NCBI GenBank assembly: GCA_041690035.1
Contig: JBDNFC010000016.1
Location: 10,495 to 74,494, forward strand
From: Bacteroidia bacterium
Lineage (GTDB): Bacteria; Bacteroidota; Bacteroidia; NS11-12g; UBA955
Length of the DNA: 64,000 nucleotides
Direction of reading: 5' to 3'
Shown here: piece by piece, positions 20,057 through 31,209 of the stretch
Numbering within the stretch: position 1 is the stretch's first letter
How the letters are laid out: the number at the start of each line of letters is the position of its first letter
Notes under the pieces: generated by a model
What the model was told of the DNA's origin: nothing
Database searches by the model: none
The model's input: only the letters and a program-made list of their open reading frames with translations
Made by a program: the position numbers and the translations under genes

Positions 20057-21974
20057 TATAAGTAATAATATGAAAATAAGTGGATTAATATGCAGTATAC
20101 TGCTCGTTTTTTATGCATGTGGAACAACAAAGGCGCAGCAAAGTCCAAAAGATTCTAAGGCTTATCCAATATTTGGCGAGGCGCTAAAAGCTTATCAAGT
20201 AAAAGATTATAATCTAGCTTTGGAACTAATCGATAAATGTATGAAAAAAGACCCATTGTTTTACGATGCATTGGGATTAAAAGCCGCTATTTATGATAAT
20301 AACAAAGATTTTAAAAATACAGAATTAAGCTATCAGCAAATCTTGGCTATAGATCCAAATCTTAAATCGTACAATTACTTTTTTGCAGAATTTTATTTCC
20401 GAAATGCTTATTACAACGAGGCTATAAAGTATGTTACACTTTTTATAAAAGGACCCAATTACAGCAAATCATTTTCTAAGGATGCAGCTGATCAATTGCT
20501 TATAAAATCTCAAAATGCAAAAAAAATAAAAGATAATCCTGTGCCATTTAATCCCATTAATTTGGGGCCAAATATTAATACCAAATACAATGAATATTTT
20601 CCTGGGGTAACCATTGATAGAAAATTTCTATTCATTACTAGAGAAATAAATGGCAACGAAGATATTTATTGGTCAGAGTTAGACTCACCAGGAAAATGGA
20701 AAAAAGCACTTAATTTGGGGCCTGATTTTAATTCACCAATGAATGAGGGCAACGCAAGCCCTAGTGCGGATGGAAAGTATATTTTTTTTACAATGTGTAA
20801 TAGAGAGAATGGCTTTGGTAGTTGTGATATCTATTTTAGTAGAATAGAAAATGGTAAATGGAAAGAACCAAAACTATTGGATAGGCCATTAAATTCAATT
20901 TCTTGGGAAACACAACCTTGCATCAGTGCAGATGGCAGATACCTTTATTTTGCAAGCAGTAGAGAAGGTAGTTTGGGCAATTCTGACATATTTAGGAGTG
21001 AGTGGGACTTTGAAAAAAACAAGTTTCTTAATCCGATAAACCTAGGTTCCAAAATTAATACCAAAGGCACAGAAGAAGCCCCTTTTATACATGCAGATGG
21101 CAAAACATTGTATTTTATTAGCAATGAACATCCAGGTTTGGGCCAAAATGATATATTTTTTAGTAGATTAGAAAACGATACTTGGAGCACACCCCAAAAC
21201 TTAGGTTATCCAATAAATTCTCCAGGAAATGAAATGGGTATTATTGTAGATAGAGATGGCACGCTCGCTTATTATTCTTCAGAACGTGCAGGTGGTTATG
21301 GTGGATTAGATATTTACTCTTTTGAATTGCCAAAATTAGCTAGACCATTCCCAAGCAGCTACGTTTCTGGCACAGTAAGAGATGCAAAAACGCTTAGCTT
21401 TTTATCAGCCTCATTAACATTAATAGATTTGGAAACTAAAAAAACAGTTTTGATAGCAAAAAGTAATATAGAAGATGGAAAGTTTCTATTTGCATTGGCT
21501 GGAAATAAGGATTATTTACTCAATGTAAACAACCAAAGTTATTTGTTTTATTCACACAATTTTTCTTTAAAAAACAATACTGCAAAAAACCCTTTTTTAC
21601 TCGACATCTTATTGAAACAGCCTACATCAGGTGAAACTGTGGTGTTGCAAAACATCTTTTTTGATACAGATAAATTTAATCTTAAAGATAATTCTTCTAC
21701 AGAACTAGAAAAATTAAATGAATTGCTTACCCGTTTCCCGAAATTGAGCATAGAAATAGGCGGTCATACCGATAATTCTGGTGATGCTATATCAAATCAA
21801 AAATTAAGTGAAAATAGGGCTAAGGCAGTGCAAGCATTTTTGATAAGCAAAGGTATTGCATCAAATAGAATATTGGTAAAAGGATATGGGTCTGCCATGC
21901 CTATAGAATCTAATAATACTGCAGAAGGGCGCGCATTAAACAGGCGCACAGAGTTTAAAGTAATCAGTAACTAA
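20046..21974 (+). CDS. OmpA-family outer-membrane/periplasmic protein (TPR N-terminus, TolB-like beta-propeller repeats, C-terminal OmpA peptidoglycan-binding domain)
   Basis: C-term FFDTDKFNLKDNSSTELEKL...IGGHTDNSGDAISNQKLSENRAKAV...GYGSAMP...NRRTEFKV. Confidence 0.75.
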   Translation: MKYNISNNMKISGLICSILLVFYACGTTKAQQSPKDSKAYPIFGEALKAYQVKDYNLALELIDKCMKKDPLFYDALGLKAAIYDNNKDFKNTELSYQQILAIDPNLKSYNYFFAEFYFRNAYYNEAIKYVTLFIKGPNYSKSFSKDAADQLLIKSQNAKKIKDNPVPFNPINLGPNINTKYNEYFPGVTIDRKFLFITREINGNEDIYWSELDSPGKWKKALNLGPDFNSPMNEGNASPSADGKYIFFTMCNRENGFGSCDIYFSRIENGKWKEPKLLDRPLNSISWETQPCISADGRYLYFASSREGSLGNSDIFRSEWDFEKNKFLNPINLGSKINTKGTEEAPFIHADGKTLYFISNEHPGLGQNDIFFSRLENDTWSTPQNLGYPINSPGNEMGIIVDRDGTLAYYSSERAGGYGGLDIYSFELPKLARPFPSSYVSGTVRDAKTLSFLSASLTLIDLETKKTVLIAKSNIEDGKFLFALAGNKDYLLNVNNQSYLFYSHNFSLKNNTAKNPFLLDILLKQPTSGETVVLQNIFFDTDKFNLKDNSSTELEKLNELLTRFPKLSIEIGGHTDNSGDAISNQKLSENRAKAVQAFLISKGIASNRILVKGYGSAMPIESNNTAEGRALNRRTEFKVISN

Positions 21975-21995
21975 ATCATTAAAGATTTCGCAGTG

Positions 21996-23015
21996 TTAAA
22001 GCTTTAGTTCTGCAACTATTTTATTTGCCATTTGTGCCCTACCTTGCCAAAAATAATGTTCGGTTGTCCAATCTTTTTCACCAAAATAATCAGGATTTAC
22101 AGTGTTTAGATTGTCGATAATATGAACCCCTCTTATTCCTTTATACCTATTTAAAATATAGTTTTTATTTTCTAAAATTAAGGCTGTTAGATTTTTGCCT
22201 GCAAAACTGTCTGCCCAAGCCATATTTTCGCTCATTATTAGCAAGTAAAGTTTATACTTGTTTTGTTTTGTAACTTGTTTTACAATTTCATCTAAGTCTT
22301 TTATTCTAGGATTATTTGCATTTAAGTTAAATCCAAAAGCCTTAATATAATCGTCTGCCAATATTCTTTTCGGCATATCTGATTTGCCATTGGTATCAAT
22401 AAATTTTTCTTGTTCACACCATGTTTTAATCGTTGGCGGGTTTAATGGCTTATTTTTTATTTTTAATGTTTCATTGGTCCATATTTTCCACATTTCCTTT
22501 TCGCGCAAAAGATTATTTTTATTGTCATAAATGTTAAAAACAGCTTTTGTTTTTTTGATCCAAGGCATTTCGTCTTTTAAAAATAAGGCCTCTTTTTGCA
22601 AAGCAGTTTCAAAATTAGAAAAAACACAAGGAGGGCCAAATGTTCTTATATTTAAAGTAAGTATTACCTGCTTTAAATTATTTTTTTGCTCAAAAAATGA
22701 AAAAATTTCTTTATACATTGCCATATGATAAGCACTTTTATTCAAAGTTAGTAAAGGCAGTGCAGTTTTATGCTCAATCATTTTGCTGATACTTCTAACA
22801 TCGCTATCTGTATCGCTATGCCAAAAATTTGATGATTCTCCGATATAAATAATTTGAGCACTGTCTTTGTTTTTTGACAATTCATGTAAGAAATAGGCAT
22901 GGTGCTTTTGGTCACTTTTCCATGTTATATTATTGTAAAAGAGAATGGAAAAAAGTGCTATTAATGCAATACCAATTATTTTCAAAATCAAATGGTGTCT
23001 AAATTTATTGCTCAT
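21996..23015 (-). CDS. Membrane-anchored hypothetical protein, putative O-acylation accessory protein (AlgX/AlgJ/DltD-like) partnered with MBOAT
   Basis: 339 aa, single N-terminal TM; start codon abuts the MBOAT stop (23015); IYIGESSNFWHSDTD GDS-like motif. Confidence 0.35.
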   Translation of the reverse strand: MSNKFRHHLILKIIGIALIALFSILFYNNITWKSDQKHHAYFLHELSKNKDSAQIIYIGESSNFWHSDTDSDVRSISKMIEHKTALPLLTLNKSAYHMAMYKEIFSFFEQKNNLKQVILTLNIRTFGPPCVFSNFETALQKEALFLKDEMPWIKKTKAVFNIYDNKNNLLREKEMWKIWTNETLKIKNKPLNPPTIKTWCEQEKFIDTNGKSDMPKRILADDYIKAFGFNLNANNPRIKDLDEIVKQVTKQNKYKLYLLIMSENMAWADSFAGKNLTALILENKNYILNRYKGIRGVHIIDNLNTVNPDYFGEKDWTTEHYFWQGRAQMANKIVAELKL

Positions 23016-24421
23016 TAAAATCTAAAATAAATGAATGGATGTGCAGTAGCTCCGCTGTAGTTTATCAGAGCAAAAATTAGTAAAGAATAAAAAACCCAGC
23101 GTTTTGGCCATGATAAAATTTTTAAAGCATCATTTAAAGTAGTTTTGATTATCAAATGGTCTACAATCATAAATAATACTACTAAAATCAAAATGACCCA
23201 TTGTACTTCCAAAAAATCCTTGCCTGGTAAAATAAAAAAAGCATTGTTTAGCATAGCAAATGCGGTGTTAAAATCTGTTGATCTAAAAAAAACCCAAGCT
23301 ATTGAAACCAAAAAAAACACACCAACCGAAGCCATGATTGCAAAATGGGGTTTTGGAGTTTGATTTTTTTGAAACTTTTTTTCAATTAAATAAAAAATTC
23401 CGTGCAGCAGCCCCCATGCTATAAATGTATAGTTTGCCCCATGCCATAATCCACTTATTAAAAATACAAGAAGGATATTGGCTATCCATGCAGGGTTTTG
23501 TAGTTTATTGCCGCCAAGGGGAATATATAAATAATCTCTAAACCAACTTGTGAGGCTAATGTGCCATCTTTTCCAAAAATCATCAATAGTTTGTGCTGCA
23601 TAGGGTTTATTAAAATTGTCCATCAAGTTTACTCCAAATAGCCTTGCTACTCCTTTAGCAATAAGCGTATAGCCGTGAAAATCTGTATAAATCTGTATTG
23701 CAAAACCCATAATTGCAAACCAAATAACAGTAGGATGCCAACGCACTGGATTTAGATAAATAGTGTCTACCCAAGTGCCCAAATTATCTGCTATGCACAT
23801 TTTAATAAAAAACCCCCATAACAAAAATCGAAAACCTGTTTGAAAATCATCGTATTTTAGTGCTATATGCTTTTTTAACTGTGGTTGTAATTCCGAAAAT
23901 CTTTCTATAGGGCCTGCTACCAATTGAGGAAAATAGCTAACAAAAAGAGCGAAGTATCCGATATTTTTTTCAGGCGATATTTTTTTTCTATATACATCAA
24001 TGGTATAGCTCATTGTTTGAAATGTATAAAAAGAGATACCTACAGGCAAGGCTTCGGATAGAAAGGTAATTGCCCCATCTAGATTGGGGTGTGCTTCAAT
24101 AAAATTTGCTAAATCAGGAATAGAAAGGCTGAAAAATCCAATGTATTTGAATCCAATTAATACACTTAAATTTCCTATAACTGAACACCATAAAAATAAT
24201 TTGCGGTGTTTTAGGTTTTGGGTTTCAGCTATTTTTTTTGCAATAAAAAAGTCTAAAAGGGTAGAGAAAAATAAAAGACCCAAATATTGCCATTTCCACC
24301 AGCCATAAAATAAAAAACCTGCAAGTAACATCCATATCCACCTAAATTTATGTGGCAAGCTATAAAAGCCTAAAAGGACTAGTGGCAAGAATATAAAAAA
24401 GGCAATAGAGTTAAAAATCAT
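23015..24421 (-). CDS. MBOAT-family membrane-bound O-acyltransferase (AlgI/DltB-like)
   Basis: 468 aa polytopic; conserved WHISLTSWFRDYLYIPLGGN ... GLWHGANYTF His region. Confidence 0.85.
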   Translation of the reverse strand: MIFNSIAFFIFLPLVLLGFYSLPHKFRWIWMLLAGFLFYGWWKWQYLGLLFFSTLLDFFIAKKIAETQNLKHRKLFLWCSVIGNLSVLIGFKYIGFFSLSIPDLANFIEAHPNLDGAITFLSEALPVGISFYTFQTMSYTIDVYRKKISPEKNIGYFALFVSYFPQLVAGPIERFSELQPQLKKHIALKYDDFQTGFRFLLWGFFIKMCIADNLGTWVDTIYLNPVRWHPTVIWFAIMGFAIQIYTDFHGYTLIAKGVARLFGVNLMDNFNKPYAAQTIDDFWKRWHISLTSWFRDYLYIPLGGNKLQNPAWIANILLVFLISGLWHGANYTFIAWGLLHGIFYLIEKKFQKNQTPKPHFAIMASVGVFFLVSIAWVFFRSTDFNTAFAMLNNAFFILPGKDFLEVQWVILILVVLFMIVDHLIIKTTLNDALKILSWPKRWVFYSLLIFALINYSGATAHPFIYFRF

Positions 24422-24620
24422 TTTATAATTGTCGTTGGCAAAGTTAGCAGAACATGATTAAAGAAAAAACTATTATTGCGATGAGTTTTTGGTGTAATTT
24501 TTTAATGGTATGTAATGAATTGATTTTTTATATCTGCACATTCAACTAATTAATATGCATCATGGAGCATAAATTTATATAATCACTTACTTTTGCAAGT
24601 CTTATAAATTAAAAATTGAG

Positions 24621-25655
24621 ATGAATTTAACAGAAAAGAACAAGCCTTTTTTTATCATAGATATACACACACATATAATTCCGGAGCATATTCCGGATTT
24701 TAAGTCAAAATTTGGATACGGAGAATGGGTTCAATTAGAGCATCATAAACCATGTTGTGCAAAAATGATGATGGATTCAGCTTTTTTTAGAGAGATAGAA
24801 TCTAATAATTGGGATCCTGCACAAAGAAAAAAGGAAATGAATGATTTGGGGGTAAATGTACAAGTATTATCTACCGTGCCAGTGATGTTTAGTTATTGGG
24901 CAAAACCATTAGATGCTTTGTATGTTTCGCAATACATTAATGATCACATAATGGAATGTGTAAATAAATACCCTAAAAATTTTGTTGGATTAGGCAATTT
25001 GCCATTGCAAGATCCTGCTTTGGCTATTAAAGAGCTAGAGCGTTGTAAAAAAATAGGGATGAAAGGAGTACAGATAGGTTCGCATGTTAATGATTGGAAC
25101 TTAAATGAGCCAGCACTGTACCCAATTTTTGAGGCGCTTCAAGATTTAGACATGTCGGTTTTTGTGCATCCTTGGTGGTGGATGTCGCAAAACAAAACAC
25201 CTAAATATTGGTTAAGTTGGCTCGCAGGCATGCCTTATGAAACAAGTGTGGCTATTTGTAGTATGATATTTGGTGGTATTTTTGAAAAATTGCCAAAACT
25301 TAGGGTTGCATTTGCCCATGGTGGAGGTGCTTTTCCTGGTACTATTGGCAGAATAGAACAAGGGTGGAAAGCACGTCCAGATTTAGTAGCTATAGATAAT
25401 CCGCATAATCCTAAAGAGTATTTAGGAAAATTTTGGCTAGACAGCCTAGTTCACGATAGGCGAATGTTAGACTATCTAGTAGCACTGATTGGGGCAGATA
25501 GGATTGCTCTAGGCACAGATTATCCATATCCATTAGGTGAGCCAGCGGCAGGAGAACTAATACATGAAAATGCTTTTAATAACCATATTAAAGAAAAATT
25601 ATTTGCCAATTCTGCTTTGGAATGGCTTAAAATGGAAAAAACAGATTTTTTATAA
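24621..25655 (+). CDS. Amidohydrolase-2 family protein (ACMSD-like decarboxylase/hydratase)
   Basis: IIDIHTHIIPEHIP ... FVHPWWW ... AFAHGGGAFP motifs. Confidence 0.7.
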   Translation: MNLTEKNKPFFIIDIHTHIIPEHIPDFKSKFGYGEWVQLEHHKPCCAKMMMDSAFFREIESNNWDPAQRKKEMNDLGVNVQVLSTVPVMFSYWAKPLDALYVSQYINDHIMECVNKYPKNFVGLGNLPLQDPALAIKELERCKKIGMKGVQIGSHVNDWNLNEPALYPIFEALQDLDMSVFVHPWWWMSQNKTPKYWLSWLAGMPYETSVAICSMIFGGIFEKLPKLRVAFAHGGGAFPGTIGRIEQGWKARPDLVAIDNPHNPKEYLGKFWLDSLVHDRRMLDYLVALIGADRIALGTDYPYPLGEPAAGELIHENAFNNHIKEKLFANSALEWLKMEKTDFL

Positions 25656-25701
25656 CTTTGTTTCAATCTATGCTCAAAACAATCAATTTTTATACAAATA
25701 A

Positions 25702-28551
25702 ATGATGCCATTGCGATATACCAAATTACGTTTACTTTTTTTAATAGTTTCATTTTTTTTCAATCAATCTATGAATGGGCAAGGGTTGATTTTTAAAGGA
25801 GTGGTAGTAGATTCTATTTACGGCATCAATGTAAGCGGTATAAAAGTAGAATTAAAGCAAATGAAAGATACTTTAGTAGTACAAAAAACTACAGATAATA
25901 ATGGCAATTTTGAATTTAATAACCTAAACAGAGGTTTTTATCAGCTAGAAATTAATTCTGCAAGTTTTATATCAAAGCAACAATTTGTCCGACTTTTGGA
26001 CAATAGATTTGATACTATATTTTTGCAATTAAAAATAAGAGAGATAGGAGAGGTGGTTATAAAAAGAGAGGCAGCTATTTTGCTAAAAGGCGATACAACT
26101 CAATTTAAGGCAGATAGCTTTAAAACCCAAGACAATGCCAGTGCAGAAGATTTGCTAACTAAAATGCCGGGTATTACTACAGAAAATGGTGAGGTAAAAG
26201 CTCAAGGAGAGAAAGTGCAAAGAGTGCTAGTAGATGGAAAGCCATTTTTTGGTGATGATCCCAAAGCTGCATTAAAAACAATTGATGCTAAAAGTATTGA
26301 TAAAATTCAAGTGTATGATGGCAAAAGTGAAAAAGCTACCTTTAGTGGATTTGATGACGGTGAAACAGTAAAAACTATAAATATTATCACAAAATCTAAT
26401 ATGCGAAGCGGTTTGTATGGCAGGGTTACAGGAGGATATGGAACAGATGGCAGGTATTTGGGCACAGCAAATCTGAGCAAAATAACTGCCAAAAGTAGGC
26501 TAAGTATTATTGGGCAAATGAATAATATAAACCAACAAAATTTCAATATGCAAGATGTATTGGGTTTGATGGGCAGCAGCGGGGGTGCAATGCGAGGAAA
26601 CCCAAATGGAAGAAATGGAAGACCAATCACATGGCCAGGGAATCCCGTTAACGATTTTTTTGTAGATAATCAAAATGGTATAAGCACCACTGCAGCTTTT
26701 GGTTTAAATTATTCGGCTATATTTAGTCCCAAATTATCTGTAAGTGCTAGTTATTTTTTAAACAATATGGGTATTGAAAATAGACAAGCTACAGAAAGGA
26801 TTATCTTTGGTGGTCAACGCACCCCCCAAAATTATACAGAGAATACAAATGGTTTAAGCAGCACACTGACTCATCGCCTAAATGCAAGAATAGAATTTAG
26901 TATAGATTCTGCAAATAAGTTTGTGTATGTGCCTAGTTTTAATTTTCAAGATAGGTTTAGCCGATCTTTTATTGATGCTCAAACATTTAATGCCCCCAAC
27001 TTATTGCTCAATAAAACTAATAATAATAATGAACAGCTTAACGATGGTTTTTCTTTTAGAAACACCTTAACTTATTTGCATCGATTTAAAAAAGAGGGCA
27101 ATACTATCACGCTGCAAGGAACTGCAAATATTAGCCCTAATGCTGGTAAAACCAATCTGGATGCCCTTTCTCAATTTTATGGAAATACCGTAATTAGCGA
27201 CAGTTTATTGCAATTGTCAGACTTGCAAAATACCAGCAATACTTTTAAGGGAGAAGCTACTTATACAACCCTTCTTACAAAAAAAAGTCAATTGGAAATA
27301 AATGGTGAACATGGGCTTACAAAAAGCAGTAGTAGTAAATTTACAAATAACTATAACGCTGCTCAAGAGCAATATAATGTTTTAGACACCGGTCTATCAA
27401 ATGATTTTAATAACATTAATTATGTCAGCCAAGTCGGTTTGCGTATTAGGCACAATCAAGAAAAATTGAGCTACAGTTATGGTATAGGGGTCATGCAGAC
27501 AGTTTTAGAAAATAATGTTATTTTTCCGTCATTTCAAAAAAATACTGCCACTTTTAGAACCCTAATTCCTAATTTATTTGTACGATATAAACCTGCTAAA
27601 AGTATACAGCTATTTGCATTTTACCGCATACGTCCCTCTGTTCCTTCTATCGCTCAATTACAGAATGTGTTAATAAATACAAATCCGCTAAGTCTTAATA
27701 TTGGCAATCCTAATTTAATTCAAGAAAACAGACATTTTGTATTATCTAGGTATAGTAATTTTGATGTCTTTTCGGGTAAATCAATATTTGTATTTTTTAT
27801 GGCACAAGCAGCAAATAATTATATCGGCAATAGCACAACAGTGGCTTTTGAGCCCACCCAGGTTGAGAATATTGCTTTAGAAAAAGGAACTACCTTAACA
27901 AAGCCTACTAATTTAAGCGGTTTTTTTATGAGCACGGGATCGTTGACCCTAGGTAGAAAGATAAATAAATTAAAATCTAATCTAAATACTACCTTAGGTT
28001 ATAATGGGGTCAGAACTCCATCATTAATTAACGGGTTAAGCAATTTTAATAATAATATTTCTGGCAATCTTAATATTACATTGAGCAGTAATATCAGTAA
28101 AAAAATTGATTTTAATATCGGTTTGGGTATTACGCAAACATTTGTTACTAATAACCTTCAAAGCAATCTCAATTATAACTTTACCTCACCAACTATCACC
28201 TCTAAAGTTTTTTATCAATTTTATAAGAATTGGTTTGCAGAAGTAGATTTTAGCTATGTGGCATACAGAGGACTATCTGATGGCTTTAATCCTAATATTT
28301 ATTTATTAAATCCATCATTGGGGTATCGGTCTACAAAAAATGTTTGGGAGGTAAAATTATATGTGTTTGATGCTTTAAATAGCAACCAAGCTGTGAGCAG
28401 AAATGTTTCTGAAACTTATGTAGAAGATATTAATAGCCTAGTCTTGCGTCAATATGGCATGATACAAGTTTTATATAACATTAAAAAGATAGCAAAAAAG
28501 GATGCCCCTGCCTTTGAAGCCCAAGATCCTATGGAGCGCAGAGGAAGATAG
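25702..28551 (+). CDS. Outer-membrane beta-barrel family protein (CarboxypepD_reg-like N-terminus; TonB-dependent-receptor-like)
   Basis: 949 aa; signal peptide; GVVVDSIYGINVSGIKVEL...NNGNFEF (carboxypeptidase-regulatory-like fold); Gly/Asn/Tyr-rich barrel body. Confidence 0.6.
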   Translation: MMPLRYTKLRLLFLIVSFFFNQSMNGQGLIFKGVVVDSIYGINVSGIKVELKQMKDTLVVQKTTDNNGNFEFNNLNRGFYQLEINSASFISKQQFVRLLDNRFDTIFLQLKIREIGEVVIKREAAILLKGDTTQFKADSFKTQDNASAEDLLTKMPGITTENGEVKAQGEKVQRVLVDGKPFFGDDPKAALKTIDAKSIDKIQVYDGKSEKATFSGFDDGETVKTINIITKSNMRSGLYGRVTGGYGTDGRYLGTANLSKITAKSRLSIIGQMNNINQQNFNMQDVLGLMGSSGGAMRGNPNGRNGRPITWPGNPVNDFFVDNQNGISTTAAFGLNYSAIFSPKLSVSASYFLNNMGIENRQATERIIFGGQRTPQNYTENTNGLSSTLTHRLNARIEFSIDSANKFVYVPSFNFQDRFSRSFIDAQTFNAPNLLLNKTNNNNEQLNDGFSFRNTLTYLHRFKKEGNTITLQGTANISPNAGKTNLDALSQFYGNTVISDSLLQLSDLQNTSNTFKGEATYTTLLTKKSQLEINGEHGLTKSSSSKFTNNYNAAQEQYNVLDTGLSNDFNNINYVSQVGLRIRHNQEKLSYSYGIGVMQTVLENNVIFPSFQKNTATFRTLIPNLFVRYKPAKSIQLFAFYRIRPSVPSIAQLQNVLINTNPLSLNIGNPNLIQENRHFVLSRYSNFDVFSGKSIFVFFMAQAANNYIGNSTTVAFEPTQVENIALEKGTTLTKPTNLSGFFMSTGSLTLGRKINKLKSNLNTTLGYNGVRTPSLINGLSNFNNNISGNLNITLSSNISKKIDFNIGLGITQTFVTNNLQSNLNYNFTSPTITSKVFYQFYKNWFAEVDFSYVAYRGLSDGFNPNIYLLNPSLGYRSTKNVWEVKLYVFDALNSNQAVSRNVSETYVEDINSLVLRQYGMIQVLYNIKKIAKKDAPAFEAQDPMERRGR

Positions 28552-28554
28552 TAT

Positions 28555-29304
28555 ATGTTTTTTCTTTTATCAAAAATAATTACCCCTTTTATTAAGCCAA
28601 TTTGTTGGATATTTCTAGCATTGATTATTGCAATAGTCAAAAAAAAATGGCGAATAAAATTTATATGGGTTGCTGTATTGCTAACCTTTATTTTTGGAAA
28701 TAAATTTCTTGTTAATAAGGTATTGAGCAATTACGAGTATAAAATTGTGCAATTAAATGAGCAAGACACTTTTGATTATGCAATCGTTTTGGGTGGCTAT
28801 AGCCGCAATAGGCTGTCTAACGGCCGATTAGAGTTTAATGAGGCGGGCGACAGACTTATAGCCGCTTTAGATCTTTTGCGCACCAATAAATGTAAAAAAG
28901 TATTATTAACAGGTGGCGATGGCTCTATTTACAATATAGGTATTAGTGAGTCTAAAGAGGTTTTTATTTATTTAAAAGAAAATGGCTACTCCAAAAATGA
29001 TTTTATAATAGAGTCGCAAAGTAAAAACACCTATGAAAATGCCCTAAATTGTGCTCAGATATTACCTAAAAACAGCAAGATATTATTAATTACCTCAGCT
29101 TTTCATATGAAACGGGCAAAAGGTTGTTTTGATAAACTTGGTGTAAAAACCACCCCTTTTTCGGTAGATTATTTAACGGAAGGCAATGGAAAAGTATCTC
29201 CAGACAACTTGCTTGTGCCAGATGGATTGGCTTTTGAAAAATGGGAGATTTTATTAAAGGAGTGGGTAGGTTTGTTGGCCTACAAAATGAGTGGTAAAAT
29301 TTAA
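28555..29304 (+). CDS. YdcF/ElyC family protein (DUF218)
   Basis: N-terminal TM; YAIVLGGYSRNRLSN...KVLLTGGDG motif. Confidence 0.7.
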   Translation: MFFLLSKIITPFIKPICWIFLALIIAIVKKKWRIKFIWVAVLLTFIFGNKFLVNKVLSNYEYKIVQLNEQDTFDYAIVLGGYSRNRLSNGRLEFNEAGDRLIAALDLLRTNKCKKVLLTGGDGSIYNIGISESKEVFIYLKENGYSKNDFIIESQSKNTYENALNCAQILPKNSKILLITSAFHMKRAKGCFDKLGVKTTPFSVDYLTEGNGKVSPDNLLVPDGLAFEKWEILLKEWVGLLAYKMSGKI

Positions 29305-29374
29305 TTTTGCTTAACCAATTAGCAGTCTCATTTGGGTTATAAAATATTTTGCCAAGTATGAATGTTAAATTTTA

Positions 29375-30049
29375 CTAAAGTGATTTTTTTGCCCAAGCCA
29401 AAACTATTTTGTTCTGTTCTGCCACACTTAACTGTGTATTGTCTAATAAATATGCCCCTTCTGCCTGCCTTAGCGGATTGATTTCGCGGTTGCTATCTGT
29501 TTTGTCTCGATAAGAAATGTTTTCTAAAATTTGCTCATAAGGCACATCTATACCCGCATCTGTCAATTCTTTATGCCTTCTTTTGGCCCTAATTTCTATG
29601 CTAGCAGTCATAAATATTTTTAATTTTGCATCAGGCAACACAAAGGTGCCAATATCGCGCCCATCCATTACTACATTTCCTTTTTCAGCCATTTTACGCT
29701 GTAAATTTACCAAGTAGGACCGAACTACTGCCAATTCGCTTACTTGGCTTACCATGCTGCTTACTGCAGGCATTCTTATTTCTTTATCGATATTTTTTTT
29801 CTTAAAGTATATTTTTAATGCTCTGTTAAGTTTACTGTATTTAAACTGAATTAACTCTGCTGCTAGAATTGATTTAATGGCATCTAAATCTGTTATTTCA
29901 ATTCCTGTTTTTTGTATTGCGTAGGTTATTGCCCTATACATCGAGCCTGTGTCTATAAATTTAAAACGCAAAGATTTCGCTAAATATTTTGCTAAGGTTC
30001 CTTTTCCGCAAGAGCTGTGCCCGTCTATGGCTATATTATTATTGTTCAC
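29375..30049 (-). CDS. cmk: (d)CMP kinase
   Basis: IAIDGHSSCGKGTLAKYLA...DTGSMYRA... Confidence 0.9.
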   Translation of the reverse strand: MNNNNIAIDGHSSCGKGTLAKYLAKSLRFKFIDTGSMYRAITYAIQKTGIEITDLDAIKSILAAELIQFKYSKLNRALKIYFKKKNIDKEIRMPAVSSMVSQVSELAVVRSYLVNLQRKMAEKGNVVMDGRDIGTFVLPDAKLKIFMTASIEIRAKRRHKELTDAGIDVPYEQILENISYRDKTDSNREINPLRQAEGAYLLDNTQLSVAEQNKIVLAWAKKSL

Positions 30050-31100
30050 TTTTATTTATGTTAGATTTTTTTGTGTAAATGGTGGCGATATTAAAAACGA
30101 TGGAGAATTGATTTGTTGTAATGCCTGGAAAAAATGCACTGCTTGCATAGTTTACATGAATTTTGTATAATTCAATTCCAAAACCCCAAGCAAATCCTGT
30201 AAGTTTTTTTCTATTTTCTGGACTTAGTTCTCTCCTCATTTGATGATTATAGCCTAGTCTAAGGTGAGTAAATTCGCCTAAAAGCAATTCTGTCCCTAAG
30301 CTTAAATGTCTTAGTGCATTGTCTCCAATACTAATTTTTTTAGGCAATGCTGATGCATCTAAACTCGTGTTTTGGCTTGCCCCATCTCTTCTCACATAGC
30401 GCATGTCTAATTGTTGCAGATTGTGCAATAGTAGGTTAAACCGAAATGGTGTATGCTCCAATTTTTTTGAATACGAAAATTCTATATTAAGCGGCATCCC
30501 TTCTTTAATATTTTTGGTATAATTTTTTAGGGTAACTCCTGCATTTCTTATCACAAAACCCATATTGGTATTGCCACTACTATCTTTGTAATGCAAACCT
30601 GCATCTAATGCCATGCCGCTAGAAAAATATGATTCTGATTGATTGTAAATAAATTTAAAATTACCACCTAAAGTGAGCCTGTCAGTTAATTTTTTGGCTG
30701 TTCCAGTATAAAAAGCATAATTATTGACTGAAAATTTTCCAGTAGACTGCCCAGTCTCGTCATATCCGTCAAATTGCCCATAATTTATATAAAGCATACC
30801 AGCATGTATGGCTTGTCCTTTTATTTCAAAAACATAGCCAAGGTTTCCAAAATTAATGTCTTTAATATAGTTATTATAAGAAACATTTAACCTGTTTTTC
30901 ATTTTTTCATTCAATAAAGCAGGGTTTCGCACCAATACACTTGGGTCAGCGCTCAGCTGTGCAATATTGGCACCTTGCAAGGCACTAATTACAGGAGAAA
31001 GTTTGAGGTTTAAAAATTCGTTTGTGTATCTGCCGCCTGCCTGCGCCCAAATTAATAGATTAGCAGCAAGTAAATAACACAATAATAGCCCTTTTTTCAT
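30039..31100 (-). CDS. porQ: T9SS PorQ/PorV-family outer-membrane beta-barrel protein (likely PorQ)
   Basis: 353 aa; signal peptide then GGRYTNEFLNLKLSPVISALQGANIAQLSADPSVLVRNPALL (family N-terminal motif); second family member (porV) elsewhere in window. Confidence 0.5.
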   Translation of the reverse strand: MKKGLLLCYLLAANLLIWAQAGGRYTNEFLNLKLSPVISALQGANIAQLSADPSVLVRNPALLNEKMKNRLNVSYNNYIKDINFGNLGYVFEIKGQAIHAGMLYINYGQFDGYDETGQSTGKFSVNNYAFYTGTAKKLTDRLTLGGNFKFIYNQSESYFSSGMALDAGLHYKDSSGNTNMGFVIRNAGVTLKNYTKNIKEGMPLNIEFSYSKKLEHTPFRFNLLLHNLQQLDMRYVRRDGASQNTSLDASALPKKISIGDNALRHLSLGTELLLGEFTHLRLGYNHQMRRELSPENRKKLTGFAWGFGIELYKIHVNYASSAFFPGITTNQFSIVFNIATIYTKKSNINKSEQ

Positions 31101-31209
31101 CCAAACAAAGGTACTAATTATTTTGTAATCCTTCTATTTTTATTTAGTACCACGATATTATTTTCTCTTCTTATTTTAATTTTGGTAATATTATTTTTTT
31201 CTTATATTT

